Origin: a virus
IMG/VR virus record: IMGVR_UViG_3300042691_037929
Location: 5,899 to 69,898 of that record
Direction: 5' to 3' (one strand)
DNA: 64,000 nt
Positions 49,701 through 60,434 of the stretch are shown in pieces. Position 1 is the first letter of the stretch. Every line of letters starts with the position of its first letter. Under the pieces are notes generated by a model. That model did not search any database, was not told the DNA's origin, and saw only the letters and a program-made list of their open reading frames with translations. The position numbers and the translations under genes were made by a program.

Positions 49701-51638
49701 GCTGGTGATGGTGGCTCGTATTTTTTTGATTATCCATTATGTGGCTCTTTATTTACTAGTATTAGTTTAGGCAATGAAAAAACTGAAGAATATTATTTGG
49801 CTGCTGCAGCAAGAGCGTTTTTAAGGCAATTCGCTAAACAATTACTTGGTAAAATAGAAAAGGTACAAGAAGAAACAAGTAAAATATTCGGTCAAATATT
49901 AGGTAGAGCAGGTGAACATGAAGACTTAATCTATCAACAAATGCACACTTTGTATCATCAATGGCAAATATTAGGAGGTAAATTTGGTGGCGAAAGAATA
50001 AATGAACCAAGTAATCCTGCAACACTTACTCCTAATATTGCAAAAGTTTTAGAAGAAGTCTACGGAACAACTCTAAGAGGAGATGGCACTCCAAGTGCAA
50101 GTGAAAGAAATGATGGTTCTGTCGCTGGAGGAGGATTTAGGTATGACTATCCATTACAAGCAATTGGTGCAAATGATATAAATGTAGCAGACGCATTAAT
50201 TAATATAGACCCTTTATATGAAGCAAAAGCAAATACAACAGTTTTAAATGTATTGCAACAATTGTGTTCAAAAAATAATTTTACTTTTATTCCTATAGCT
50301 GGAAATGCTAGATATAATAAAATTGAAGATATATTTAGTCCACAAGATTTTTTTGAACCTAAAATAGGAAATTTTTTCCAAGTAATGTTCATGCCTACTC
50401 CTGAAAGTAGGAATTTAGCAGATAAATCAAACAATTCATTAAGTTCATCAAAAGATTTAGAAAACTTTAAAGTAGAGGCATTCCCAGTATCATTTGGAGA
50501 CCCAACAAATAAAATTATAAAGAATGTAACTGTTGGAACTGATGAAAACAAAGTAACTGCTGAAAGTATTGTTAATTTACAAAGAATAGTTGATAATGAA
50601 AACAAAAATAGAACAGTAACAACAGACTGTAGTTTATTGTCGGTATTTGAAGGAAGAAGTTATAAGGCAAATTTGGAAACTTTAGGAAATGCACAAATAT
50701 CTCCTATGCAGTTTTTCTATTTAAGAAACCATACTATTTTTACTGGTCTTTATCAAATAATAAAAGTGTCTCATAATATTACGCCAAATGATATGACCAC
50801 TAATTTTGAAGGAATAAAAATGAGATATGGCGGTAATACATATGGAGGTATACCACCTATTACATTAGATGATTATAGAGAAGCAGCTAAAGCTTCTAAA
50901 GATGCACCATTAGAGGAAACTTCAGGAGGTCAAGTACAGTCAAGCGCAAACTCTTCTGGATTTACAACTCAAGCAGTTGGAAGTCAAAGCGCTAATTTAG
51001 TTAGTGATTCGGAAGTTGTTTCTGATTCTGTTCCAGTTGGAGAGCAGGTTTCAACAACTAAAATAGAAATACCTAAAGAAGTAGCAGGTTATTTTGTTAG
51101 TACAAGCAAGTTTGCTCCAACAATTCCTACAAAAAATCAATTACCTCCAAGTACACTCGTTAAACATATGAATGAGTTTTTGGTTGATAGATGGAGAAAT
51201 TTTGCAATATTCTTAGACAAAAACTATCCTCAATGGAAGAAAAAAATAACTATAAACTCAACAATTAGGCCTGGTACAGGTGGTTCTCAACACAATAGAG
51301 GAGAAGCTGTAGATTTTGGTTTCTCTGGAGATAAACTTAAAAAATTAAATGATACATATGAGTTGTTTAACGCATTAATGCAGTTTTTAAGAATTAATAA
51401 TTATGAATGGGACCAAATATTGTTTGAAACAAGAGACCCTCAATCTGTTTGGATACATTGGTCTTATTCTAGAGGACATAGATTGGGTATTCATCAAAAT
51501 ATATTAAGATTCCATAATGATGTTACAGTTGTCGGAGTACCAATGAACAATAATAGAAACAAGAAAAGTGTTGAATCTGCTGCAAAAAGTTATACAAAAT
51601 CAGAGGTAGGAGCAAACTCTTTTAATGGTAGGTCTTAA
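46794..51638 (+). CDS. Large baseplate hub protein with C-terminal peptidase M15 domain
   Basis: FGITNI, GNAQISP, GLYQIIKVSHNI hub motifs; C-terminal NSTIR...SQHNRGEAVDF...DQILFE...WIHWSY. Confidence 0.8.
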   Translation: MPIIPNNISELQFNERDLYLDVRLTTIPLGANVNVDRNTGAITNLANFGDFTGKPTFVARFFRESTGFGITNIKVETNASLQPIIDIEFKDLYGKTVFGELDNSDTGGVDYSALFQWPPPKFVFTFKGYLGAPVTWLLNMKTTSTQYNSDDGSYTIKASFVPNQWGFFSDIPFLYLYAAKKLRADSSGIKKEDNPTAFQKATESIIDLMYTGKKVQKKTQKVTKEYDGIKDKLELLKSDPITGLINGTFSFEEPDNKITSEVPGRGPLADFKDITIKKPISNKKSVYDIPDDYISGFKNLNANQRRDENLKIKAAAFGGVNVSNLNFGEDLGSSRVAIESAAKKLTSRIKENIDVIDNAIKAGIYQENKTELEKLTISEVFSRIARDAAFIMGYILDAGEQGYLNNIDEREDALKKNTIGRYYPMKFEPTNSNSENGDLSKQVPVDGLGVDDFEKKFVREFITAISSGIAENKALQAQVGEDSKNIKHRINNLEVISENPFAEILDWKVIASIIMKRASIVGFLTGSYDPNLPGNMEDDGETTTVLIDNYKKIDAEDIRKMADNDLQNIDDAVLNNLDKQDLEELKKFCIFWSSVIQDPDGFYHILNDDSEEEFLTQVYWEGSKGGSIPSNNIAKKVVVITPGIPSLAQGTAKSIIETIRGIWDKDKRVFDMSKNDIILNAFKKGGLYNSAKNTINYNSSIGSELKRAGFEAYTIEQYLEKFIGPNYFFYGRSRSQALDGEEAIKPSLSASYSFWSTDAYYSNYNGITFMHIAHNLQASLNSSLNQSILDQTRTDVSMDNLSEYVIFNEAKDVEAIGESISPASAQTDTATNDDEATQSQSEEVDEEIAGIHILSSGDVKEDPEDPASADKTNEHLKFLNEKVIKSKRAINYSWVKSQTGFPGRTRGINTNLSQVQDAGGKNVLNVFPEFLDFSGALFTESLGPGVDGEYANPDINVNNQPIAFSAYGQAGDGGSYFFDYPLCGSLFTSISLGNEKTEEYYLAAAARAFLRQFAKQLLGKIEKVQEETSKIFGQILGRAGEHEDLIYQQMHTLYHQWQILGGKFGGERINEPSNPATLTPNIAKVLEEVYGTTLRGDGTPSASERNDGSVAGGGFRYDYPLQAIGANDINVADALINIDPLYEAKANTTVLNVLQQLCSKNNFTFIPIAGNARYNKIEDIFSPQDFFEPKIGNFFQVMFMPTPESRNLADKSNNSLSSSKDLENFKVEAFPVSFGDPTNKIIKNVTVGTDENKVTAESIVNLQRIVDNENKNRTVTTDCSLLSVFEGRSYKANLETLGNAQISPMQFFYLRNHTIFTGLYQIIKVSHNITPNDMTTNFEGIKMRYGGNTYGGIPPITLDDYREAAKASKDAPLEETSGGQVQSSANSSGFTTQAVGSQSANLVSDSEVVSDSVPVGEQVSTTKIEIPKEVAGYFVSTSKFAPTIPTKNQLPPSTLVKHMNEFLVDRWRNFAIFLDKNYPQWKKKITINSTIRPGTGGSQHNRGEAVDFGFSGDKLKKLNDTYELFNALMQFLRINNYEWDQILFETRDPQSVWIHWSYSRGHRLGIHQNILRFHNDVTVVGVPMNNNRNKKSVESAAKSYTKSEVGANSFNGRS

Positions 51639-51640
51639 AA

Positions 51641-51672
51641 TTTGTTTTATTTAACTTTTTGATTTACATTTG
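51641..51672 (+). promoter_or_regulatory. Bacteroidota-type promoter for polA-like gene
   Basis: Exact TTTG-N20-TACATTTG, ATG at 51677. Confidence 0.7.
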
Positions 51673-51676
51673 CAAT

Positions 51677-53305
51677 ATGCTTAATAGTCTAATTAAGATT
51701 TGCAAAATAGTTCCATATACTTCTGAAGATTTAGAGTATATTAATTCTAATTATAGAGACTTTTCTGTAGATATAATTTTAAAAGAAGATTTTAAAGATG
51801 AAATAAATATTCCAACTTTAATTGTTGGATGGAATTATGTTAAAGAAAAGTTTCCCAATCAAAACATTTCCAGTTCAAAAATAGATGATAACTTGTTTTG
51901 GACATATAGCATAACTGAAAACAAGGAAAAAAGTCAAAATGATATAAAATCTTTTTTTGAATATTCTATAAAAAAATTTTTCAATAAAAATATAATTTCT
52001 TACGATTTTATATTGGATGGTGAATTTAAGGATTTTTTATCGAAAAGCATAGATAGAACACAAAGGTCTTTTATTTATTTTCATAAAAATGTTTGTTATC
52101 TTTATAATAACAAAAATACTTATGCAATAAGTTTGCCTAGTTTAGAGTTTGTTGAAAAGGATGTTAAATTTTTAATGACAGAAATAATTAATAGACTTGA
52201 ATGTACAATATTTAGTTATTACAATTTATCTAAATATACAAATTTAGAAAACATAAGAGATGTTATGACCATAGAAAACATATTTTGGTCTAAGTACAAT
52301 ATTTATATAGAACCTAAAGATTTTAATTCTATTTTTTTAAATAAAGATATGCATAAGCATATACCTTTGTTAATGAAAATAATATCAGAAAACAATCAGA
52401 TAACAAAAGATGAATTAAACTCATGTAAAAGACAAGCAAAAAAGGATAAAATAACTTCTTGGCTTTCTGAAAACAAAATATTTTTTGATAAAAGTTTTAA
52501 TGCTTCAGAAAAAATAAGTTTTACATGGGAAGGAGACAGGAAATATTTGAAGCTTAGATATTCTGATAAAAGAACAATTACAGGCCGTATAAATTGTACA
52601 GATTCATTTAACCCTCAAATGATTCCAAAAGAAAGCTCTATAAGAAAATCAATAGTTTCCAGATATAAAGATGGAAAAATAGCGTTATTTGATTACAAAT
52701 CTTTTGAAACAAGGCTTTCAATGTATCTAACAAGAAATGAAGAATTTATAATAAAAAATATGAATTCTGATTTACACTACAATACAGCAAAGGCAATTTT
52801 TAAAACAGATTCCATAACAAATGAACAAAGAAACATTGCTAAAAATATAAATCACACAATATTATATGGTGGAGGTGATAAATTAATATCTGAAATATTG
52901 TCAAAAGATAAATCAATAAATGTAGAAGAGGCTATAAAAGATGTAAAAGCTTTTTTGAATCCAATATTAAACACTTCTGAATATATAAATAGTGTTTATA
53001 AAGAGTTGGGATATATAATAAATCCTTTTGGCATTTTAATTAAACCTAATAAATCTTATGCGGCTTTTAATAATTACGTTCAATCAACTGCTGCCGATAT
53101 AGTTGTGGACAAAATTAATGAGATAAAAGAATGGTTAAAAAATAAAAAATCATCTTTTATGTTTCAAGTTCACGATTCTTTTGTTTTAGATATTTCTCCA
53201 GAAGATGAAGGGGCTGTTGAAGAAATAAAAAATATATTATCAAGATATAATGATATGATATTTGATGTTGAAGTTTCTTGTGGTAAAAATTATTCAGAAT
53301 GTTAA
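51677..53305 (+). CDS. polA: Family A DNA polymerase (diverged)
   Basis: TITGRI, motif A DYKSFETR, motif B RNIAKNINHTILYG, NNYVQSTAAD, motif C QVHDS. Confidence 0.88.
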   Translation: MLNSLIKICKIVPYTSEDLEYINSNYRDFSVDIILKEDFKDEINIPTLIVGWNYVKEKFPNQNISSSKIDDNLFWTYSITENKEKSQNDIKSFFEYSIKKFFNKNIISYDFILDGEFKDFLSKSIDRTQRSFIYFHKNVCYLYNNKNTYAISLPSLEFVEKDVKFLMTEIINRLECTIFSYYNLSKYTNLENIRDVMTIENIFWSKYNIYIEPKDFNSIFLNKDMHKHIPLLMKIISENNQITKDELNSCKRQAKKDKITSWLSENKIFFDKSFNASEKISFTWEGDRKYLKLRYSDKRTITGRINCTDSFNPQMIPKESSIRKSIVSRYKDGKIALFDYKSFETRLSMYLTRNEEFIIKNMNSDLHYNTAKAIFKTDSITNEQRNIAKNINHTILYGGGDKLISEILSKDKSINVEEAIKDVKAFLNPILNTSEYINSVYKELGYIINPFGILIKPNKSYAAFNNYVQSTAADIVVDKINEIKEWLKNKKSSFMFQVHDSFVLDISPEDEGAVEEIKNILSRYNDMIFDVEVSCGKNYSEC

Positions 53306-53670
53306 GAGAATTCGAAAAAGTTTATGTAAAAATTCCTGAAAAAAAATTTTTTTTAGAAGGAATTTATTTGTTTAATTATAAACATGATAAAGATTATTAT
53401 TTTATTCTTTATAATAATAATGATGAATGGTTTATATCTGTTATAAATAAAAAATATATATTAAATTATAGTGGTAAATTTTTATTTATAGAAAAGAAAG
53501 AAGGGTTAAATTTAAATGGTTATATATTTAGTAAAAAAACATTAAAAGATTTATTATACATTTATAGTGCTAGTCAATATATATCTTTTTTATTATACAA
53601 ACTTGAGCCTACTAAAAAAGAAAAGATAAAATATTTTTTTAAAAAAATCATAAAACAACTTGCATTTTAG
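53299..53670 (+). CDS. Hypothetical protein
   Basis: 123 aa ORF overlapping the polA stop. Confidence 0.45.
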   Translation: MLREFEKVYVKIPEKKFFLEGIYLFNYKHDKDYYFILYNNNDEWFISVINKKYILNYSGKFLFIEKKEGLNLNGYIFSKKTLKDLLYIYSASQYISFLLYKLEPTKKEKIKYFFKKIIKQLAF

Positions 53671-53809
53671 GTATTTTTTTCTTTGATTTGTATTAAGAAA
53701 TTAAAATTAATTTCTATTTATAATAAAGACTCTGTTGAGGGTTTATTATACGGTCATATGGCTTTTTATAGCTGGTTAGACTGATTAAAACAAATTAAAA
53801 GAGAAAAAA

Positions 53810-54583
53810 ATGAATGAAGGAGAAATGAGCATTTCCCCACAGTTTGGTGGTGGAATGGGTTCATCTCAACAAACTCAAAGTTCTTCTACTGGAATGGACA
53901 TCAATGAGTTTTTGAGTGACGTAGAAAAAGCAAACCAAGAAGGTTTCAAAAACAACAAAAAGAAAGTAGACTTAAAAGAAGCTACTTACAATCCAAAACC
54001 TGGAAAAGTTCCCCAAGGAGAAGAAATTAGAGTTGTACCACCAATTTTAGGTAAGGCCTATCAGAAAATGGATTTCCATTGGAATATTGGTGCATCTAAA
54101 ATGGTAGTTTGTCCTACTCAGTATGGACGACCATGTCCTATTTGTGAGCATTTAAATACTCAACCAGATAGTGATGACAAAAAGAAGAAAGAGTCAAAAA
54201 CAAGACACTTTTTACCTATTATTGTAAGAGGTAAAGAACATGAAGGTGTAAGATGGTGGGGTTTTCCAAAAACAGTTTTAAATGTAATAGCTGGTCTTGC
54301 AAAAAATAAATATTATGGAGATATAGCTGATATTTATCAAGGAAATGATTTGCAAGTAGAATTTCCTTCTGATGCTGACAGCGTTTCAATTATGCCAGCC
54401 CCAATGAAAACGCCTTTAATTTCTTTAAGTAATGGACAGCCTGATGAAGAAAAAATAAGTATTTTAAGAAATTCAGTTAATCAATTAAATGAAGTTTTTA
54501 TAGAATTACCTTATGATGCTATAAAGAAAATTTTAAATAAATCATTAGGAATTGTTGATGAAAATCCAAATCAAAACGCTTAA
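53810..54583 (+). CDS. Single-stranded DNA-binding protein (T4 gp32-like)
   Basis: IRVVP, FHW, CP....PCPICE, IIVRG.E.EGVRWWGF, YGDI.D...GND; upstream of the recombinase. Confidence 0.8.
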   Translation: MNEGEMSISPQFGGGMGSSQQTQSSSTGMDINEFLSDVEKANQEGFKNNKKKVDLKEATYNPKPGKVPQGEEIRVVPPILGKAYQKMDFHWNIGASKMVVCPTQYGRPCPICEHLNTQPDSDDKKKKESKTRHFLPIIVRGKEHEGVRWWGFPKTVLNVIAGLAKNKYYGDIADIYQGNDLQVEFPSDADSVSIMPAPMKTPLISLSNGQPDEEKISILRNSVNQLNEVFIELPYDAIKKILNKSLGIVDENPNQNA

Positions 54584-54611
54584 GGCGAAAAAACAATTAA
54601 TATTTTAAAAA

Positions 54612-55613
54612 ATGGCTAGAACAAAAAAAGAAGAAAGTGAAGTTGAAAACTTAGAAGCTTCAAAGGTAAAAACACCAAAAATTAAAGAAAAGAAAGTTTT
54701 TTCAATAAATGATTATAGAAAAAATTTAGATTTGGAAGAAGTCATTTACAAAGAAGATGAATGGATTCCGATGAGCAGAGCTTTTCAAGATACCACTCAG
54801 TTGCCTGGCGTACCAATGTATGGTATAACAATGGTTTATGGACATCCAGATTCAGGTAAATCAACATTTGCTTTAGAAGCCGCAAAGGGCGCTATAGAAA
54901 ATGATATATTACCAATTTTCATTAATACTGAAAAGAAGTTTAATTGGTCACATGCTCTTGAAATGGGAATATCTCAAGAAGATATGTTATATATTGATTC
55001 AATTGAAGAAGTTGAGGATATAATGAAATTTGTTCGAGAAAGACTAAAGGACCAAAGAGAAGGTAATTTACCAACCGATATTTTAGTTATTGTAGATTCA
55101 ATTGGTAACGTTGTGAGTAAGGCAGAAAGAGCAGCTATTGAAAAAGATGAAGATGGCGCAATTATGAAAACTGCAAAAGTTCTTACTCAACAAATACATA
55201 GGGTTATAGAAAAACAAATTTCAGCTACAAAAAGAGCAGACTTTCCTTATAGTGCTACAATGCTTATCGTTAATCACGCATATGAGGGTACAAACGCAAA
55301 CATGTTAATACCTTATGGTGGTAAAGGAATTTCAAAGGCTGCCAGTCTTGTTGTAAGAATGGGAGGTATAATTTCTAACTCAACAAAAGTGTATGCAACA
55401 AAAGATGGTATTGATGTGGCATTCGCAATCAAAACTGCTATTGTAGTAGAAAAAAATCACATAACAAATATATCTGTTAAAGGTAAGATTTTGTGTACTG
55501 CTCACGGGTTTGTTAAAGATACTACTGCCGATTTAAATAATTACAAGAAAGAGCACAGAGGAGATTGGGAGTTGAGATATGATGACGATTGGAGTAAATA
55601 TAGTGGTAAGTAA
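54612..55613 (+). CDS. RecA/UvsX-like recombinase
   Basis: Walker A GHPDSGKST, NTEKK, VIVDSIG, PYGGK. Confidence 0.88.
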   Translation: MARTKKEESEVENLEASKVKTPKIKEKKVFSINDYRKNLDLEEVIYKEDEWIPMSRAFQDTTQLPGVPMYGITMVYGHPDSGKSTFALEAAKGAIENDILPIFINTEKKFNWSHALEMGISQEDMLYIDSIEEVEDIMKFVRERLKDQREGNLPTDILVIVDSIGNVVSKAERAAIEKDEDGAIMKTAKVLTQQIHRVIEKQISATKRADFPYSATMLIVNHAYEGTNANMLIPYGGKGISKAASLVVRMGGIISNSTKVYATKDGIDVAFAIKTAIVVEKNHITNISVKGKILCTAHGFVKDTTADLNNYKKEHRGDWELRYDDDWSKYSGK

Positions 55614-56653
55614 TGAAAGAACTTTTAATTGACGGAGAGTGGAATCTCAAACGAAACTTTATGAAAAGGCAAGACCTTTTTTCTAAAGGAGAACATTGTG
55701 GAGGTTCATATGGCTTTTTGGATAGTTTACGTTCTATAGTTGATAAAACAATGCCAGACAGAGTTGTCGTTTTTTGGGACGGCATTATGTCTGGCGTTTT
55801 TAGAAAAGAAATCTATCCAATGTATAAAGGCAATAGAGAAAATAAATCATGGGATGAAGAATCTTATTATTTTACAGAAGAAGAGATTGATGAAGAAAAG
55901 GCCAGAAAATACAGTAGATTAAAACAAAAAATAAAAGTTAAAAACTATCTTGAAGAACTTTGCATTAGGCAAGTTGAAGTGGAATATGTTGAGGCTGATG
56001 ACTTATTGGGTTTATATGTAAAAAATAGAAGCAAAGACTCCCAGATTCTAATTTATAGTAGTGATAAAGATTTTCATCAATTAATAGACGAAAACGTTTC
56101 AGTTATAAGACCTTCTGACGGTAAGTTGATAACTATACAAAATTTTAAAGATGTATTTGGCTATACTCATAAAAATGCATTATTTTTCAAATGTTTTGAA
56201 GGTGATGATTCTGATAATATCGATGGAGTAAAAGGTGTTGGTCTTAAAAATTTAAAAACATATTTTCCAAGATTTTTTGACGAAAAATATAATTTAGATA
56301 TGCTTATCAAAGAAGCAGAAGAGAAGAAAAAAGAAAAGAATCTAAAAATATATGATAAAATAATAGAAGGTAGAAGGGTTCTGGAACTAAACAGAGAATT
56401 GATGAATTTAAAAAAGCCTATGGTAAACCAAAAGGCAATCGATGAAATAGATGAAATATTAAGCTGTATGATAATTATGCCAGATGCAGAACAAGACAGA
56501 GGCATACAAAATGCTATGAGAATGGTTGCGCAAGACGGTTTTAATATGCACATGTTCAATCATGATATATCATTATTTTTTAGACCTTTTTACAGGCTAA
56601 TTTCTAAAGAAAAAGAATATTCTTCAAAAGTTTTAGAAAAAGTAAAAAGATAA
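55613..56653 (+). CDS. 5'-3' exonuclease/flap endonuclease (T4 RNase H-like)
   Basis: LLIDG, FWDG, YKGNR, EADD, SSDKDFHQL, GDDSDNIDGVKGVG. Confidence 0.93.
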   Translation: MKELLIDGEWNLKRNFMKRQDLFSKGEHCGGSYGFLDSLRSIVDKTMPDRVVVFWDGIMSGVFRKEIYPMYKGNRENKSWDEESYYFTEEEIDEEKARKYSRLKQKIKVKNYLEELCIRQVEVEYVEADDLLGLYVKNRSKDSQILIYSSDKDFHQLIDENVSVIRPSDGKLITIQNFKDVFGYTHKNALFFKCFEGDDSDNIDGVKGVGLKNLKTYFPRFFDEKYNLDMLIKEAEEKKKEKNLKIYDKIIEGRRVLELNRELMNLKKPMVNQKAIDEIDEILSCMIIMPDAEQDRGIQNAMRMVAQDGFNMHMFNHDISLFFRPFYRLISKEKEYSSKVLEKVKR

Positions 56654-56819
56654 CTTTTTCACAAAAAAAACGACCTGCTGACCTTGTGGAAGTTATGGTT
56701 AAAAAGTACACAAAAGTTAAATGGGCTTTATTCAAAATAAAGCTTATTTATTAAAACCCTGTAAAAAAAAAATATTAAAAAAATAGGTTATAATTTTTTA
56801 TTAAAACTTAATTTATAAC

Positions 56820-56827
56820 TATATTTG
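56820..56827 (+). promoter_or_regulatory. Bacteroidota -7 element upstream of nrdB
   Basis: TATATTTG about 30 nt before the ATG; upstream element is TTTA rather than TTTG. Confidence 0.55.
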
Positions 56828-56856
56828 CAGACAATTAAAATTAAAGAATAATAATT

Positions 56857-57858
56857 ATGAATAACAATTTAGAAAACAAAACATTTATTGAACCAATTTT
56901 AAAGACTAATCCAAATAGATTTGTTATTTTTCCAATACAATATGCAGATATATGGGATTTTTACAAAAAAGCAGAAGCTAGTTTTTGGACTGCAGAAGAA
57001 ATAGATTTACAGCAAGATTTAACTGATTGGGAAAAGCTTAACGATAATGAAAAATATTTTATTAAAAATATTTTAGCTTTTTTTGCTGCATCAGATGGAA
57101 TTGTTAATGAAAATTTGGCTGAAAATTTTGTTAGTGAAGTTCAATATCCAGAAGCAAAGTTTTTTTATGGCTTTCAAATAGCAATGGAAAATATTCATTC
57201 TGAAACTTATTCATTACTTATTGATACATATGTTAAAAATAAAGAAGAAAAAGATAAGTTGTTCAATGCTTTAGAGACAATACCAGCCGTACAGAAGAAA
57301 GCAGAATGGGCTCTAAAATGGATTGAATCAGAAAGTTTTGCTGAAAGATTGATAGCTTTTGCAGCAGTAGAAGGCATTTTCTTTTCTGGTTCTTTTTGCT
57401 CTATTTTTTGGCTTAAAAGCAGAGGTCTTATGCCTGGATTAAGCTTTTCAAACGAATTAATTTCAAGAGATGAAGGTTTGCATTGTGATTTTGCAATTCA
57501 TCTACATAATAAACATTTAATTAACAAAGTTTCAGAAGAAAGAATCAGAGAAATTTTAAGTTCTGCTCTTGAAATTGAGAAAGAATTTATAACAGAGTCA
57601 TTACCTGTTAGTTTGATTGGTATGAATGCTGAGTTAATGAAAAAATATTTAGAATATGTTACAGACAATTTATTGATTGATTTGGGTTGTAAACCTATGT
57701 ACAATTCTAAGAACCCTTTTGATTTCATGGCAAATATTGCTCTTGAAAATAAAACTAATTTCTTCGAAAAAAGAGTTGCCGATTACGCAAAGTCTGGAGT
57801 TGGCGTAAAGGTTGAGGAAAACGTAATTAGTTTTGATGGAAATGATGATGATTTTTAA
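56857..57858 (+). CDS. nrdB: Ribonucleotide reductase class Ia beta subunit
   Basis: [47 protein letters not shown]. Confidence 0.98.
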   Translation: MNNNLENKTFIEPILKTNPNRFVIFPIQYADIWDFYKKAEASFWTAEEIDLQQDLTDWEKLNDNEKYFIKNILAFFAASDGIVNENLAENFVSEVQYPEAKFFYGFQIAMENIHSETYSLLIDTYVKNKEEKDKLFNALETIPAVQKKAEWALKWIESESFAERLIAFAAVEGIFFSGSFCSIFWLKSRGLMPGLSFSNELISRDEGLHCDFAIHLHNKHLINKVSEERIREILSSALEIEKEFITESLPVSLIGMNAELMKKYLEYVTDNLLIDLGCKPMYNSKNPFDFMANIALENKTNFFEKRVADYAKSGVGVKVEENVISFDGNDDDF

Positions 57859-57878
57859 TATAATAATACAAAAATAAA

Positions 57879-60431
57879 ATGAGAATAATAAAAAGAGACG
57901 GTACAGAAGAAACAGTAAAATTTGATAAAATTTCTTCAAGAATTAAAAAACAAACTTATGATTTAGACTCTGAGTATGTTGACTATTTAGAGGTAGCACA
58001 AAAAGTTATTTCAGGAGTTTATGATGGTGTAACTTCAAAAGAGTTGGATAAACTTGCAGCGGAAACTGCGGCAGCAATGACAAGAATACATCCAGACTAT
58101 TCCATTCTAGCTTCAAGAATAGCAATAAGCGCATTAAAGAAAGATACAAAAAAGAGCTTCAAAGAAACTATTGAAGATTTGTATCATTATATTGACCCAA
58201 ATACTAACTTAAGTGCTGGGATGATTTCAGATGAAGTTTATGAGGTAGTAAAAAAGTATCATAATAAAATTGAATCAATGATAATTCACGATAGAGATTT
58301 CGATTTTGAATATTTTGGATTCAAAACATTAGAAAGAGCTTATTTATTAAAAATAAATGGTAATGTTGCTGAAACTCCTCAGCATATGTATATGAGAGTT
58401 GCTATTGGTATTTGGGGCGATAATCTAAAAGAAGTGCAAAAAACTTATGATTTATTGTCACAAGGATTTTTTACTCATGCTACACCTACATTATTTAATG
58501 CTGGAACAAGAAAACCACAAATGTCAAGTTGTTTCTTGTTGGATGTAGAGTCAGATTCTATTAAAGGAATTTATAAAACTCTTTCTGATTGTGCTTTAAT
58601 TTCTCAAACTGCTGGTGGTATTGGTTTAAATATACATAAAATCAGAAGTAAAGGTTCTTATATTAAAGGTACAAATGGAATTTCAAACGGTATTGTACCA
58701 ATGTTGAAAGTTTTTAATGAGACTGCAAGATATGTAGACCAAGGTGGAGGAAAAAGAAAAGGTTCTATTGCAGTATATTTAGAGCCTTGGCATGCTGATA
58801 TTGAAGAGTTTATCGACCTAAAAAAGAATCACGGAAAAGAAGAGTTAAGAGCAAGAGACTTGTTTTTGGCACTTTGGACTCCAGATTTATTCATGAAGAG
58901 AGTTGAAGAAGACGGTAGCTGGACTTTGTTTGACCCTGCTAAAGTTCCTGGACTTATAGATGCTTATGATTCTGATGATAAAAAAGCTTTTACAGAACTT
59001 TATGAAAAATACGAACTAGAAGGTAAGGGCGAAAAAACTATTAAAGCAAGAGAGTTGTGGGCAAAAATTTTAGAAAACCAAATAGAAACTGGTGTTCCAT
59101 ATATGTTATATAAAGATGCTGCAAACAATAAATCTAATCAAAAGAATTTAGGCACTATTAAATCTTCAAATTTATGTACAGAAATTATTGAATATACAGA
59201 TGATAAAGAAACTGCAGTTTGTAATTTAGCTTCTATTGCTTTACCTAAGTTTGTCGTTATACCAGCTGGAAAATCAAAATCAAAAGATAAATCACTTAGA
59301 ACATTTGACTTTGAAAAATTGTATGAAGTTTCATATCAAACAGCAGTAAATTTAAATCAGGTAATAGATAAGAACTATTATCCAACACCAGAGACTGAAA
59401 GGTCAAATATGAGACATAGACCAATAGGAATTGGCGTTCAAGGTCTTGCAGATTTATTTGCAATCTTAGGTTATCCATTTGAATCAGAAGAGGCAAAACA
59501 ATTAAATAAAGATGTTTTTGAAACTATATACTTTGCAGCAATGACTGCATCAAATGATATGGCCAAAAAAGATTATAAGAATTTAGATAACTTTGAAGAC
59601 AGACCTACTACAGATGGTGCTTATGAAACTTTTGTTGGTTCTCCTCTGTCTGAAGGTAAATTCCAATTTAATTTATGGGGCTTAAAAGATGAAGAGCTTT
59701 CTGGGAGATGGGATTGGAATAAGCTAAGAAAAATGGTAATGAAATATGGAGTTAAAAACTCATTACTTTTAGCACCTATGCCAACTGCTTCTACGGCTCA
59801 AATCTTAGGAAACAATGAGTGCTTTGAGCCTTTTACTTCAAATATTTATAGAAGAAATGTACTTTCAGGTGAATTTGTTGTTGTAAACAAACATTTAGTT
59901 TTGGATTTGATAGATTTAGGTTTATGGAATGATTCTGTTAGAATTAATATGATTAAAGAAAATGGGTCTGTTCAAAATATACCAAACATCCCAGAACAAA
60001 TTAAAGAAGTTTATAAGACAGCATGGGAAATGAAGCTTTCAAATCTAATCGATATGTCTGCTGATAGAGGTGTATTTATTTGTCAATCTCAGTCACTTAA
60101 TTTATTTATGAGAGATGCAAATGTTGCTAAATTAAATAAAGCATTGTTTTATGGTTGGAAAAAGGGACTTAAAACTGGAATGTATTATTTAAGAAGTAAT
60201 GCTAAGACTGAAGCAAAAAAATCTCTTGGAGAAAATGTAAATAGTATAGAAGTAGCCGAAGAAGTTGTTGAAACAAAAGTTGAAACATTAAACGTAACTT
60301 CTAATTTTGTTGAAGAAAACAAAGTTGAATTAAGTGTATCAAAAGACATTTCAAATGAAGAGGCTGATGCAATGTCTCAATTGACCTGTTCGTTAGATTC
60401 TCCCGAAAATTGCATATCATGCGGCTCGTAA
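57879..60431 (+). CDS. nrdA: Ribonucleotide reductase class Ia alpha subunit
   Basis: ATP cone (IIKRDG), [38 protein letters not shown]-terminal CISCGS. Confidence 0.98.
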   Translation: MRIIKRDGTEETVKFDKISSRIKKQTYDLDSEYVDYLEVAQKVISGVYDGVTSKELDKLAAETAAAMTRIHPDYSILASRIAISALKKDTKKSFKETIEDLYHYIDPNTNLSAGMISDEVYEVVKKYHNKIESMIIHDRDFDFEYFGFKTLERAYLLKINGNVAETPQHMYMRVAIGIWGDNLKEVQKTYDLLSQGFFTHATPTLFNAGTRKPQMSSCFLLDVESDSIKGIYKTLSDCALISQTAGGIGLNIHKIRSKGSYIKGTNGISNGIVPMLKVFNETARYVDQGGGKRKGSIAVYLEPWHADIEEFIDLKKNHGKEELRARDLFLALWTPDLFMKRVEEDGSWTLFDPAKVPGLIDAYDSDDKKAFTELYEKYELEGKGEKTIKARELWAKILENQIETGVPYMLYKDAANNKSNQKNLGTIKSSNLCTEIIEYTDDKETAVCNLASIALPKFVVIPAGKSKSKDKSLRTFDFEKLYEVSYQTAVNLNQVIDKNYYPTPETERSNMRHRPIGIGVQGLADLFAILGYPFESEEAKQLNKDVFETIYFAAMTASNDMAKKDYKNLDNFEDRPTTDGAYETFVGSPLSEGKFQFNLWGLKDEELSGRWDWNKLRKMVMKYGVKNSLLLAPMPTASTAQILGNNECFEPFTSNIYRRNVLSGEFVVVNKHLVLDLIDLGLWNDSVRINMIKENGSVQNIPNIPEQIKEVYKTAWEMKLSNLIDMSADRGVFICQSQSLNLFMRDANVAKLNKALFYGWKKGLKTGMYYLRSNAKTEAKKSLGENVNSIEVAEEVVETKVETLNVTSNFVEENKVELSVSKDISNEEADAMSQLTCSLDSPENCISCGS

Positions 60432-60434
60432 ACT

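Noticed and set aside
18301-60431. Inteins or introns in terL, dnaE, recD2, nrdA, nrdB
   Set aside because: Lengths and motif spacing look normal; no splice-junction or homing endonuclease motifs were seen.
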